IMG/VR virus record: IMGVR_UViG_3300047509_000156
Span: 1-64,000 of that record
Reading direction: 5' to 3' (one strand)
Length of the DNA stretch: 64,000 nucleotides
DNA from: a virus
Shown here: in pieces, positions 44,485 to 54,138 of the stretch
Layout of the letters: each line of letters starts with the position of its first letter
Position numbering within the stretch: position 1 is the stretch's first letter
Position numbers and translations under genes: made by a program
The notes under the pieces: model-generated
What the model saw: only the letters and a program-made list of their open reading frames with translations
Told to the model about the DNA's origin: nothing
Database searches by the model: none

Positions 44485-44774
44485 CGACTGTCCTCGTAGT
44501 TGTTTCTCGTCAGATTACGGATCTCCGCATCAATTCCCTCGGAGTCGAGGGTAATGTGCGTTCTTGGTTTAGTGGCGAAGAACTCCTCGATCTTCTGCCG
44601 CACTTCACCGGCTGTCATGGTGCCCGGCCAGGTGGTGCGGTATTCCTTGAACTCGCTGTAGCATTCTCCGCAGATGTAGTAGCCGCACAGAAGGCCGCAG
44701 TGGGGGCAGGGGAAGTTCACAACGTCGCACATACAGTTCCCGCAGCCGTACCGGTGGCAGGCAAGTACGCTCAT
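44481..44774 (-). CDS. Cys-rich hypothetical protein
   Basis: Multiple CxxC; ATGA coupling. Confidence 0.6.
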   Translation of the reverse strand: MSVLACHRYGCGNCMCDVVNFPCPHCGLLCGYYICGECYSEFKEYRTTWPGTMTAGEVRQKIEEFFATKPRTHITLDSEGIDAEIRNLTRNNYEDSR

Positions 44775-45211
44775 TTATTCATCTCCTCTTCCATCAACCC
44801 CGTCGCTTCGAGGAAGAACGCCGCGATACCTACGCGAAGCATATCCACGGGAGAAACTCCATTATCCTTGGCTGCCTTTATCGTTGCGGCGGCAACGATG
44901 ATCAGACTGTCGTCTTTCATGGCGCGGTGGATGTCGTTCTCGCTGAACCAGGATTCCCCCATGCACTCCAGTCGCCGCATCCGCCCAGGAGCGGGCGCCT
45001 TGAGTGTACCCTTCTCCACATTGACGCCAATATTAGCTTCGAGTAGTCCCAGAATGCCGACAACGAAGGCGTCCTTGACGAGCCTCTGCACGTCGGTGTC
45101 CTCCGGATCGAACGGATGCCGGCGGATCAGGTCCTCGATGCCTCCTCCACGGCGAAGGTTCTGCCAGAGAGCGTCGGCAACGGCAGCGTGTTCTTCAGGT
45201 ACGTCGGACAT
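44771..45211 (-). CDS. Hypothetical protein
   Basis: AGGAG RBS; follows promoter motif copy 3. Confidence 0.65.
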   Translation of the reverse strand: MSDVPEEHAAVADALWQNLRRGGGIEDLIRRHPFDPEDTDVQRLVKDAFVVGILGLLEANIGVNVEKGTLKAPAPGRMRRLECMGESWFSENDIHRAMKDDSLIIVAAATIKAAKDNGVSPVDMLRVGIAAFFLEATGLMEEEMNK

Positions 45212-45241
45212 GGGTGTTCTCCTGGGTGGGCGACTCTATCC

Positions 45242-45269
45242 TATACGCGGCCGTCGCTATTGTGTGACA
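45242..45269 (-). promoter_or_regulatory. ECF-like promoter motif copy 3
   Basis: TGTCAC-N15-GCGTATA. Confidence 0.75.
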
Positions 45270-45464
45270 GGAAACCCGGACGTTACGGCGTCATCCCCAT
45301 TCGATATGTCTTCTGTAGGCTCATCCGAGACTGCCAGGATTTACCCTTTTCCTGCCTCCAGATCCACAGGTAGCACAGCCTATCGCACCAGACGCAGTAG
45401 ACATCCCACGTCCCCCACGGATCGGCGACGGGGACAGGCTTGCCGCAGTGGGGGCAGGGGAAGT

Positions 45465-45746
45465 TCACGTCGTCCTCTCGGGGATTGCCGCGATGTCGAA
45501 CTCGATGGGTTCGACTGGTTCTCCCTTGTCGTACCTGCTGATGAAATCCTGCAAGGCATCCGGTGTCAGGTGTCTTCCACCGCCAATACTGACGTGAAAG
45601 GGACTGACACTGACGTAGTTCGTCAGGAGCGGGTCGTACTGCTCGGGCCAGCCGAGTGTCCTGAGAATGCACAGCGACCCGGCGCACTTGCGGGCGTCGC
45701 TCCTGATGCCCCTGTCGATGTCTTCCTGCGTTATCTGGAATTTCAT
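45465..45746 (-). CDS. Hypothetical protein
   Basis: AGGAG RBS; MKFQITQEDIDRG. Confidence 0.6.
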   Translation of the reverse strand: MKFQITQEDIDRGIRSDARKCAGSLCILRTLGWPEQYDPLLTNYVSVSPFHVSIGGGRHLTPDALQDFISRYDKGEPVEPIEFDIAAIPERTT

Positions 45747-46108
45747 GGGTCTCTCCTTCCGAATGTCTGCTTGACCGCCTCAATGATGGCAGAAACGTCC
45801 TCTTCCGTGCCGCGTTTCTTCGTGATGGGCAGGAAATACTTACCGCTCGACGGCCACCACTGAAATATCTGCGCCGAGCCTTCGTAGAGACAGACGTGAG
45901 GAACTTTGGCCGGTTGAATCATACTGATGCGGACCTCGATCCCCAGTGGCGTCATGGCGTCTGTTAGTTGTCGTAGAATGTCGGCGTAGTCACCCGTATC
46001 ATCGGTGCCGACGCCAGAGTGTTCGCCACCGCCCATTCCACGTTGGCGTGGTCTCCTTCGCCTGCCTCCTCTTGGCTGTGTCATGTCGTTCTCTGGCTCC
46101 TGTGACAC
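45743..46108 (-). CDS. Hypothetical protein
   Basis: ORF with QWWPSSGK motif; coupled to the next gene. Confidence 0.55.
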   Translation of the reverse strand: MSQEPENDMTQPRGGRRRRPRQRGMGGGEHSGVGTDDTGDYADILRQLTDAMTPLGIEVRISMIQPAKVPHVCLYEGSAQIFQWWPSSGKYFLPITKKRGTEEDVSAIIEAVKQTFGRRDP

Positions 46109-46186
46109 GTTTTCGCTCGTCCACCACTCCTCTTCGCCCGCCTCGCGGATTCGGCAAGGCAGTGCGTTATCCTCGCAGTACCACTT

Positions 46187-46516
46187 TCACACTGTCTCCA
46201 GCGGTGAAAGAAGCGGCATGTCGAGCGTGACGACGAGTTCTCCTGTTTCTAGAGCGTTCTCGAATCGCGCCGAATCGTACTCGTCGAGTTCGATACCGCA
46301 CACCGTTCGCGCCTCGGCTGTCGGCAGGGGAATGTCTCTCACCTTGTAGCGTTTCTGCGACTCGATCACCTTCTCGCGTCTTCGCCTCAGTTCTCCCGTG
46401 ACGAATCGTCGCAGATCGTCTTCGAGCCAGTCCTGCCGATCCAGCCAGTCTAGGTAGCCAATCGGGATATCACTCCACCGCTTCCCGACGTACTTCCCGA
46501 ACGGCATGACTCGCAT
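46187..46516 (-). CDS. MPFGKY-motif (DUF3820-like) protein
   Basis: MPFGKYVGKRWSDIPIGYLDWL. Confidence 0.7.
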   Translation of the reverse strand: MRVMPFGKYVGKRWSDIPIGYLDWLDRQDWLEDDLRRFVTGELRRRREKVIESQKRYKVRDIPLPTAEARTVCGIELDEYDSARFENALETGELVVTLDMPLLSPLETV

Positions 46517-47114
46517 AATAGTTTCCCTCTGCGCAGACCTTCCCCCGGCACACTCCCTCACTCCCTCCTGGGTCCTGTAAGCCTTCGTGTCCTACCCTGC
46601 GTGGGAACAGCGATCATCTGCGTCGTGGCTTGTGCCGCGATCAGGATGCTCTTGTTCCCACTGCCGGATCGTTTGCGATTTTGACTGGGCGAGTGTCGTT
46701 TCGCGTTGGCTTTCTTACAGTCCCCTATCGGTCGTTCGGTCGTTTCGGTGTGTTCGGCGGCCTGGGCTATTGGCCATAACCGCCTCTCCGACACCGGCCA
46801 CCCCTCGGAACGTCGCTTTCCGCTTGGAACCCGTAGGTCCTCTTCCCTAGCCCGCCAGGAACTACCCCCGGCCTGCTGGACTACCGACTTGCTGGCGGGA
46901 ATCGGCCTTTCGTGGGAAAGTGATCAGCAAGTACCACTTTCGCAGCCGACGCACCGGCGTTTCGTCTCCGGCGCTTCTCTTGTCGATGGGGTTCGTCTTG
47001 CGGCACTTGGAAGGGAATCCTAGAATTGCCTTCATGGTGACGCCGCCAAGCAGACACCATCGTGCCGAACTCGTTCTGGGTTCGGCATCGTTATTGATAC
47101 AGTATCTCCCGCTT

Positions 47115-47951
47115 CTACGCAATCAGTCTTCCGAGAGTCAACTTGTCCGACAGGTCGATCTGCCGCTTCCGCCGATCCGCCTGGGCATAGAGTGCCCGCA
47201 TGAATCCTGGGTGCGCACGCAACTTGTCCAACGCCCGCGCCACCAGTTGCCGCACCCTCTCCCTGGTAATTCCCAACTCGTTGCCGATATCCTGTAACGT
47301 CCTATCCTCGAAGACGTGCAGGCAAAGAAGACGGAAATCGCGGTCGCTGTCCACGGTGATTTTGAGCAGCAAGAGCAGTTGCTCTGGTAACTCTTTCTCG
47401 ACTTCCTCGGTTTCCTCTCGGTCGAGAACCTCGAAGATGTGGTTCTCCTCGCGATGTGATGACGGGTTGCCGTGAGAGTCGCTTACTCGCTCCAGTTCGC
47501 TGAAATGGATGGGAATGCGGATTTGGTTCTTGCTTCCACTCCGGTACTGAGGCCCGACACGCAGATCAGCCGATTCGGCTGCGATGCCGATGTATGAGCG
47601 TATCCAGTGGTAGGCAAAAGAGGAAAACTTGGCGCCAGTTTCCTCATCCCACGGCAAATCGCTGTAGGGGTGCCATGCCCACGGAGTAATGTACCGCTGG
47701 GCGGCAACAGATAGTCCTATCCAGCCGGCGTCGATCAGGTCGTCGAAGTATTGATCGGTGATGGCTTTGAAACCAACAACGGCCCAGCCATAGCGCCGAC
47801 GTGCCAGGGCGCAGGCGATCCGCCGCGCCTCCTTCCATACCAGTCCCTGGTTGTCGGTAACGAGTTGTTGCTCCTCGGGAGTCAGTTTTCGCAGGGGTGC
47901 GTACTTGACCCTACCCGAAAGGTGCCCAAGATGATGATTGTCGGCGTCCAT
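47115..47951 (-). CDS. Sigma-70 family RNA polymerase sigma factor (start MDADNH)
   Basis: NQGLVWKEARR, DDLIDAGWIGL..AA.RY, KFSSFAYHWIR (sigma2); TLQDIGNELGITRERVRQL (sigma4). Confidence 0.9.
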   Translation of the reverse strand: MDADNHHLGHLSGRVKYAPLRKLTPEEQQLVTDNQGLVWKEARRIACALARRRYGWAVVGFKAITDQYFDDLIDAGWIGLSVAAQRYITPWAWHPYSDLPWDEETGAKFSSFAYHWIRSYIGIAAESADLRVGPQYRSGSKNQIRIPIHFSELERVSDSHGNPSSHREENHIFEVLDREETEEVEKELPEQLLLLLKITVDSDRDFRLLCLHVFEDRTLQDIGNELGITRERVRQLVARALDKLRAHPGFMRALYAQADRRKRQIDLSDKLTLGRLIA

Positions 47952-48008
47952 GTTTCTCCTTCGCTGACTGGCCACGGATGTTAGAAGCATCGCGTGGCCT
48001 TTCCCTTA

Positions 48009-48036
48009 TATACGCTCAATCGGGCAACTTGTGACA
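48009..48036 (-). promoter_or_regulatory. ECF-like promoter motif copy 4, upstream of the second sigma gene
   Basis: TGTCAC-N15-GCGTATA. Confidence 0.75.
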
Positions 48037-48276
48037 GACGTGATCGGGTTGCACGTCCTCACCGGCTGCCGGGATACCCAACAGGGCAGCGGGGGCGCCG
48101 AAAGATTCGAGAACACCGTCGCGCATTTTCTCGTAGCCTTCGGCGTACTGTGCCGAACCGCACTCGTCCGTCATGTAGACGGGCAAGCCGCGATCGGGTG
48201 CCATGATCCATTCTTGTTGGGGCAGCATACCAAAGACGCTCCCCAGCGACACGATGATCGAGTCCTTCTCTTCCAT
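48016..48276 (-). CDS. 86-aa protein with capsid-like and portal-like motifs
   Basis: GLPVYMTDEC and EKMRDGVLESFGAPAALLG. Confidence 0.5.
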   Translation of the reverse strand: MEEKDSIIVSLGSVFGMLPQQEWIMAPDRGLPVYMTDECGSAQYAEGYEKMRDGVLESFGAPAALLGIPAAGEDVQPDHVCHKLPD

Positions 48277-48277
48277 C

Positions 48278-48664
48278 TCACACTCTCTTCTGTACGTAGG
48301 TATTGATCCTCTGATCGTTCAACCCGGTAGCCACCCCACCCATGCGGACGATGTTCCACGTCGTTCCATCGGCTAGAGTCCAGTAGTCGGCAATCTTCGG
48401 TTTCGGACATGGTGATGGAGTCGCGGCGGCAAGGATCTCGGCCCAGACTTCCACCATCTTCGTCGATTTGGCAAGCGTGGCGCCGACGTGGGATACCTCG
48501 ATAGCCGTCAGGGGACGGGATTTCACGAACGGCATTCCGTATTTTACAAACACCCCGTCTGACACCTTGACGTTCAGGGTCACTGTCTGATTGCTTTGTG
48601 CTTCCGGCTCGGTATTCGGTTCAGTCAGCCAATGAAAATCGCCTCCAAGGATGGCGTCGAGCAT
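48278..48664 (-). CDS. Probable head closure/head-tail joining protein
   Basis: P..ADYWTLADGTTWNIV beta-barrel-type pattern; 128 aa. Confidence 0.5.
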   Translation of the reverse strand: MLDAILGGDFHWLTEPNTEPEAQSNQTVTLNVKVSDGVFVKYGMPFVKSRPLTAIEVSHVGATLAKSTKMVEVWAEILAAATPSPCPKPKIADYWTLADGTTWNIVRMGGVATGLNDQRINTYVQKRV

Positions 48665-48760
48665 TTTCCTCTACCTCTCGTCTGCAAAGACTATAGGATA
48701 GATTGAAAGCCCTGGCGTGGTGTAAACACCCAGGGCACGACACGAACCACCTTCAGGGAG

Positions 48761-49381
48761 ATGGCCATGTCCAGTCAGGATACTCCTTTTCGGCTAGCCA
48801 GGAAATGCCTTTGGTGCGGGACCGGCTTTGTCGCTAGGCTCTGTGACGTTGTCAGGGGAAGGGGGAACTTTTGCAGCCGCACCTGTTCGTCAAGGTACAG
48901 GTGCGCAAACAGTAAATTTTCCACGACTGATCTGTTCTGGTTGAAGGTCGATAAGAATGGACCTGTGCAGGAGCATTGTCCAGAAATAGGACCATGCTGG
49001 GTGTGGACGGCCTGTAAGTTTCCCAACGGATACGGCAAGTTTCGTAGCGGGTCGGCCCACCGTGCCAGTTGGAAGATCAGCAATGGCGACATCCCAGAAG
49101 GCATTAGAGTTCTCCATCGCTGCGACAATCCTCCGTGCGTAAATCCATGCCACCTCTTTCTTGGGACCGACGCTGACAATAAGCAAGACGCGGTTGCCAA
49201 GTGTAGGCATTATTGCGGCGACGGCCACCATCTGGCGGTTCTGAACGAGGAAATCGTTCGCAAGGCGCGAGCGATGTACGAGAATGGTATGAGAGCCTGC
49301 GATGTTGCTCGTAGCCTCGATGCTCCTTATGGGCCGATACTGCAAGCCGTCACTAGGAGAACGTGGAAGCATGTCTCCTAG
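48761..49381 (+). CDS. HNH homing endonuclease (antisense)
   Basis: FWLKVDK..CWVWT..GYG..AHRASW..VLHRCDNPPCVNPCHLFLGT..DN. Confidence 0.9.
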   Translation: MAMSSQDTPFRLARKCLWCGTGFVARLCDVVRGRGNFCSRTCSSRYRCANSKFSTTDLFWLKVDKNGPVQEHCPEIGPCWVWTACKFPNGYGKFRSGSAHRASWKISNGDIPEGIRVLHRCDNPPCVNPCHLFLGTDADNKQDAVAKCRHYCGDGHHLAVLNEEIVRKARAMYENGMRACDVARSLDAPYGPILQAVTRRTWKHVS

Positions 49382-49689
49382 TCGCAGGTCGGGCAGCGGT
49401 ATCCTTTGAGACGTTCGTGGACCATTATACCGCCGCACTTCGCACAGCGCCCGTCGTCGCGGCACAGCTTACCAATAGCCTCCTCTACGGCGGCGTCACG
49501 CTGTTCATCAGTCGAGCCGTTGAACGCCGACGCCACGAGTTTGTTGAGCGACTTCTTCGTGTCGTCTGGTATCCGCTTGTACCAGCAGGAGGAGCAAATG
49601 CCACGCTCGCCCTCGTGGATCGAGTGCAGAACGCGGTTACAGCCTTCCACGGTACAGCGGTCGTGGACGGTGATTGTTCGGGTGGCCAT
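49378..49689 (-). CDS. Zn-finger hypothetical protein
   Basis: CTVEGC..CSSC..CAKC..CPTC; AGGAG RBS. Confidence 0.6.
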   Translation of the reverse strand: MATRTITVHDRCTVEGCNRVLHSIHEGERGICSSCWYKRIPDDTKKSLNKLVASAFNGSTDEQRDAAVEEAIGKLCRDDGRCAKCGGIMVHERLKGYRCPTCD

Positions 49690-49700
49690 TCTCTTCTCCT

Positions 49701-49934
49701 TCAGACTGCCTTCTTTCGCACCTTGACCGTGACGACTCCAGCGACTGGGCCGTCAAACCGCCCCAACTCTTCCAGTTCGGGGAACTTCGCCAGGAGTTTC
49801 CGGACATAGCGATCCGCCTTGCCTGGGTCGATGTCCGTGCAGAAGGCGATCACTCCACCATTCATGGCCTGCTGGCCGATGATCGTGATGCGGTCATCCT
49901 CGGGCAGATCGGCAATGTCGGCGAAGGCGGTCAT
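49701..49934 (-). CDS. Hypothetical protein (start MTAFAD)
   Basis: ATGA coupling. Confidence 0.5.
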   Translation of the reverse strand: MTAFADIADLPEDDRITIIGQQAMNGGVIAFCTDIDPGKADRYVRKLLAKFPELEELGRFDGPVAGVVTVKVRKKAV

Positions 49935-50136
49935 GATTGGCACCCCCGGATGCAGCGATAACCGTACAGACGATAATGGGCCATCTGTCCGCCACATTTG
50001 GGACAACAAAGGCCGGGGCCGTGTTGGACTTCTTCCTCATCCATCTCCTTGAGGATCGCGGCGGCCTTGGCACGGATCTCCTCGACGGTCAACTCGCGGC
50101 CCAGATCGGCGCCGCCGTCGCTTGGGTGGTACGGCC

Positions 50137-50586
50137 TCATATTCCCCCTCCTATGTGCTTCTCTGCTTCCTTACGGCGTTTCTCTTCCCAGAGAGCCTGT
50201 GCTTCTTCCGGCGTCGCGCCGACGGGGATCACGCGGTCGCCGTTCGCCTCGACCCAGTAGAACGCGGCCTGCTTGTGCAGGACCCTACCGCAGGCAATGT
50301 CGGCCGCGTCGAGCGGCGCTTCCACGTAACTGAACAGGTCGAAGTGCGTGCCGCAGTGGACGCACATCGTCCCGCCGTAGAATTTCGGATTTCTGGCGTA
50401 GGTCTCGCACAGGGCGAGCCCCATGTGCGTGTCGCAACCGCACTTCATGTGCCGGTAGGAGCGGTAGACGGGCATGACAAAACCCTTGGCGCGTTCCTCT
50501 TCGGAGAGGACGAGATACGCTACCTGTTGCCCGTCTGGTTGATGTTCTCGCAGTCGCGGGTCTTTCGGATCGGTTGTCAGTCCCAT
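50137..50586 (-). CDS. Cys/His-containing phage hypothetical protein
   Basis: YLVLSEEERAKGFV...H..CG...ETYARNPKFYG..MCVHC; GAGG RBS. Confidence 0.65.
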   Translation of the reverse strand: MGLTTDPKDPRLREHQPDGQQVAYLVLSEEERAKGFVMPVYRSYRHMKCGCDTHMGLALCETYARNPKFYGGTMCVHCGTHFDLFSYVEAPLDAADIACGRVLHKQAAFYWVEANGDRVIPVGATPEEAQALWEEKRRKEAEKHIGGGI

Positions 50587-50593
50587 CAGTACC

Positions 50594-51493
50594 TCAATTT
50601 GCGTTGACGTATGGCGCCAAGAGGCCCCCAGCTTCAGATGCCGTTATCGAATACTTGATCTGTTGCTGCATCATGGATAGCGCCGCGCCCTCATACGATA
50701 AATTTGAAAGCAGCGATCCAGCTCTTGTCGATGCCCTCAATTGCGCCACCATTCGCTCCGCTGCCAGGGTAATGTCGTAGGGTAGTTTATCCCAACCGGC
50801 ACAGTACGTGACCATCAGGTTGCCCTGGCCGTTGATGGGCACCGTGGAGAGGTTGATCCCTGGCGCGTAATACTTGGTACTCCACGTCTGGTTAATCCGC
50901 CACAGACAACCGCAGCGCGAAGAAGAATCAGGCTGGTCCCTGTCGATCCAGTAGTCGTTGCCGTAGTAGAGTTGCGACGATGGCGAAGAAAACGATCCCG
51001 GCACGCTGCCACCATATGACAGATCGTCCTGCACGATATTCGCCCCGAAGGAGAGCGTCGTCAACCCCGTCAACGCGGCAGCCTGCGACAGGGTGATCGT
51101 CCCCGTCCCCACCGTGGCAATCGTCGTCAGCGGCTGAATGGCAAACGAGCCGATACAGGATACCCCTTGGCCGGCGAAGAGGTACTTGGTACTGCTCATC
51201 CCCGTCACCACGCTCGATCCGGCGACCGTATTGCCCGTGTAGATGGGTGCCTGTACGGGCCGGTCGCGGAGGATAAGTGGCCCCTCCGAAGGTCCCGATC
51301 CCATCCAGGTGATCGGGTTGGCCGGGTTGGAGGCCAGCATTACCGTCCTTCCCAGGTGTTCCTGGATGGCTGCACTCACCTCGGCAATCAACTGGTTGAG
51401 GATGAAGTCGTAGAGCGTCTTGGAAGGCTGGATACCAAGGACGATCTTGACGGCCGGCAGGGAGGTACAGGGGTCTACGTTGGGGATGCTCAT
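50594..51493 (-). CDS. Head-tail connector (gp6-like) with an inserted beta domain
   Basis: TSLPAVKIVLGI..D..LNQLI..VS..I..HLGR; VTYCAGW..LPYDI..A. Confidence 0.75.
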   Translation of the reverse strand: MSIPNVDPCTSLPAVKIVLGIQPSKTLYDFILNQLIAEVSAAIQEHLGRTVMLASNPANPITWMGSGPSEGPLILRDRPVQAPIYTGNTVAGSSVVTGMSSTKYLFAGQGVSCIGSFAIQPLTTIATVGTGTITLSQAAALTGLTTLSFGANIVQDDLSYGGSVPGSFSSPSSQLYYGNDYWIDRDQPDSSSRCGCLWRINQTWSTKYYAPGINLSTVPINGQGNLMVTYCAGWDKLPYDITLAAERMVAQLRASTRAGSLLSNLSYEGAALSMMQQQIKYSITASEAGGLLAPYVNAN

Positions 51494-51813
51494 CAGGACG
51501 AACCCACTTTATCTTTGAGAATGTTGCCTATGTGCCAGCCTTTACAGTCAGGGCATTCGTAGGCTTGCAGGACAAAGCCGGGTCGCTTGCCCATGTGAGA
51601 GATAGCTTTTTCAGCCTTCTCTTTGGATCGGTAGCAGGTTTTTCGCACACATCGGTGGTAGATATGTTGTAGCCTGCCATTACTTCCTGCTGTTTCTCTG
51701 TGGTTGCCGGACAGGTTCAATATATCTGATGCTTTTTCCACAGAGCCACAGATCGATGTCCCGTTCCAGTTCACGCCGCGAGAACGCCGACGTGGCGAAG
51801 ACCCATTCGCCAT
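51493..51813 (-). CDS. Zn-binding hypothetical protein
   Basis: K..Y.S...A...AYECPDCKGWHI. Confidence 0.55.
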   Translation of the reverse strand: MANGSSPRRRSRGVNWNGTSICGSVEKASDILNLSGNHRETAGSNGRLQHIYHRCVRKTCYRSKEKAEKAISHMGKRPGFVLQAYECPDCKGWHIGNILKDKVGSS

Positions 51814-51912
51814 TCGCCATCACCCCATCGTCGGATCGGAAAACATACCCAACCCATACTCGCAGTTCCGAGACGAGCGGATGGCGCTGACAGCGGATCT
51901 GGGTGACGTGGC

Positions 51913-53751
51913 TCACACGGTTCTCTCAAAGGACATCGCCGGGCACTTCTCATCCTCTACTGCCATCGTATCGATGACGCCCTCGGGCAGGTCCTGCTTC
52001 CTACGGACAAACCACAGCGAATCAGGGCCGTGGCGCAGGACGCCGTACTTCCTCTGGAACCATGTCGAAGCGTAGCCTTCCGTCAGCGCTTTGTTGACAC
52101 CTTCCGAGTAGGTGTCATGGCCGCACAGAATCCCTCCCGGCTTGACGTTGATCATCCATAAATCGATGTCCCGCTGCGCTGACTCAAAGGCGTGGTCGCC
52201 GTCGATAAAGACGACATCCGCCGAGTCGGCAGCAAAGCGCGCCGCCGCCTGGAGCGACGTTGATAGCCACGATTCGATGGTTAGATCATGACGCAATCGT
52301 CGCAATTCGTCGCTCTGTGTTTGCCATGTCTTCATGGCCTCGGCGGGATCGAACTTTTCATTGTCGCCAATTCCCAGGAAGGGATCGACACAGATCAGTT
52401 TGCAGCCCGCAGGAAGGGCCAGGGCGACCGCCGAGGCGCTACGTCCCATCCAGGTGCCCACTTCAACCCAGACGCCTCCTGGGGCCAATTCTGACGCTCT
52501 CTTGGCCAGCCAGAGGAGTTCAGCGTGCGTCATCCATCCTGATACCGAGATGGCGTAGAGCGCTGCTACCTCGGGCGCGAAGGCGTTATGCTGTGGTTCC
52601 AGGGAAGCGTGCGGCACGACCTCAGTGGATCGCCTGGCGAACTCGTGGTTGGCCACCAGCATCTCGACCGCCTTGCCAGTCATCGTCTTGCCATTGACGT
52701 TCTTCTGGATCTTGTCCAGCAATTCGCCGCCGGAGCGAAGGTTTTCCATTTGCGTTTGCAGGATCGCGCCTGGTGCCCTATCTGTCCGGTCGCGGGGAAC
52801 GCTGGCCTCGTTCCTTCTCAGCAACGGCGTTCCCGTCGCTGGGCACAGTGCGAAGTGCGTCCAATGCCCGGCACGGTCCACGTAGGGCTTGAATTCCATC
52901 TCGCCATGTGAGGACCCGCACGCCTCGCAGTGCGGCACCAGCAGCGACACGATCCCCGCCTGCGACATCTTTGTCTTCCGTGCCGATGTGAGATCCGAGT
53001 GGATCTTCCGCTGGTGCTTGTGGAGATTGTCGAGTTGTTCGGGTGTGACGATGGCCGGCTTGCCAACCCAGTTGCTTTTGTGGTGCTGTGCCCAGTTGTC
53101 CCAGTCCACGTAGAGCGGCACGCCGGCAAAGAACAATTTGCGGTGGAAACAGCACTCCTCAGTCTCCAGAACCTCCGTCCCCTTGGCGTTGTAGGTGTAG
53201 TCGTACCAGGGCGGCTGGATGATATCGAAGCACTTCCCAGAGTAGGCAATACACCCAGTCCCGAGGTTGGCGACCCGCTCGATCCCCGTCCGCCGCGCCG
53301 CATCCTCGCGCCCCACGTTGACGACAAGATGCGTCTGGTCCTGTGTCCACGAGTGGATCAGGTTGTTCTCATCAATCGTTGGGTTCGATGCCGAACCCCA
53401 CTCGAAGACACAGACATTCTCCTGCACCCCACCCATACAGTAGGGCAATCCGATCACAGCCGGTCCCTGATGATTTAGAAGGAAGTCAACCATCCTCTCG
53501 AAGCATCCATCCTGCACCCACATATCGTCGTCGATCATGAAGACAACATCGGGCTTGATCTGTCTGAGCTGATCGGCGGCGAAGTTTCTTGCCACATTGG
53601 TGGGGAATCGCTTGACGGGCATGTAAACGAGTTCGCCCAGGTCCTCGCGGAGCCGGCAGGTGATCTCGGCATCGACGTGAAAGCGCGACACCTCTTCGCG
53701 ATGACTGCCTGAACCCAAGGGTTTGACGAGAGCGATGGTGTACTTGGCCAA
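51913..53751 (-). CDS. Glycosyltransferase-like domain fused to a class I SAM methyltransferase (Methyltransf_24-like)
   Basis: ARN..VFMIDDD..GTGC..EECCF (GT-A); VEVGTWMGRS, VFIDGDH, PGGILCGHD. Confidence 0.8.
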   Translation of the reverse strand: MAKYTIALVKPLGSGSHREEVSRFHVDAEITCRLREDLGELVYMPVKRFPTNVARNFAADQLRQIKPDVVFMIDDDMWVQDGCFERMVDFLLNHQGPAVIGLPYCMGGVQENVCVFEWGSASNPTIDENNLIHSWTQDQTHLVVNVGREDAARRTGIERVANLGTGCIAYSGKCFDIIQPPWYDYTYNAKGTEVLETEECCFHRKLFFAGVPLYVDWDNWAQHHKSNWVGKPAIVTPEQLDNLHKHQRKIHSDLTSARKTKMSQAGIVSLLVPHCEACGSSHGEMEFKPYVDRAGHWTHFALCPATGTPLLRRNEASVPRDRTDRAPGAILQTQMENLRSGGELLDKIQKNVNGKTMTGKAVEMLVANHEFARRSTEVVPHASLEPQHNAFAPEVAALYAISVSGWMTHAELLWLAKRASELAPGGVWVEVGTWMGRSASAVALALPAGCKLICVDPFLGIGDNEKFDPAEAMKTWQTQSDELRRLRHDLTIESWLSTSLQAAARFAADSADVVFIDGDHAFESAQRDIDLWMINVKPGGILCGHDTYSEGVNKALTEGYASTWFQRKYGVLRHGPDSLWFVRRKQDLPEGVIDTMAVEDEKCPAMSFERTV

Positions 53752-53753
53752 GA

Positions 53754-54137
53754 CTATTCTCCCTTTGGATACTTCAACCGTTCAATCTTCCACTTCTCCA
53801 TGCGGAATATCGTGCCTTCCTTTTCCATAACGCCTTCGCGTGTTCCCGGCTTGATCTTGATGGTGTGGACGGAGTAGTAGGATTCATCCCTCAGAGGCAT
53901 TATCGCCTCGCGGAACCACAGACGGCCGTTGCTGATGCCCCAGCGTCCGGCGTATCTGGTAGAGAGCCAGGAGGATTCGTAGTAGCCGTCCGCACGAAGA
54001 ATGGCGTCGAACTTGTTTGTCCCCCATGTTATTTGCCAGTGGCCAGCAAACGCCGGAACCGTCAGCGGTACGGCAGGTGCAGGCCGAGGAAACGGCGCCG
54101 GTGCCGCGATGGCCAGGCAGAGGAGGAGATGGTTCAT
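53754..54137 (-). CDS. Secreted small beta protein with planctomycete-type signal (start MNHLLLCLAIAAPAPFP)
   Basis: Signal peptide plus APAPFP; GHWQ..GRW. Confidence 0.65.
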   Translation of the reverse strand: MNHLLLCLAIAAPAPFPRPAPAVPLTVPAFAGHWQITWGTNKFDAILRADGYYESSWLSTRYAGRWGISNGRLWFREAIMPLRDESYYSVHTIKIKPGTREGVMEKEGTIFRMEKWKIERLKYPKGE

Positions 54138-54138
54138 G

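Noticed and set aside
44385-45863. 492-aa plus-strand ORF
   Set aside because: Antisense to several coupled minus-strand genes with RBSs; Ser/Arg-rich, non-protein-like composition.
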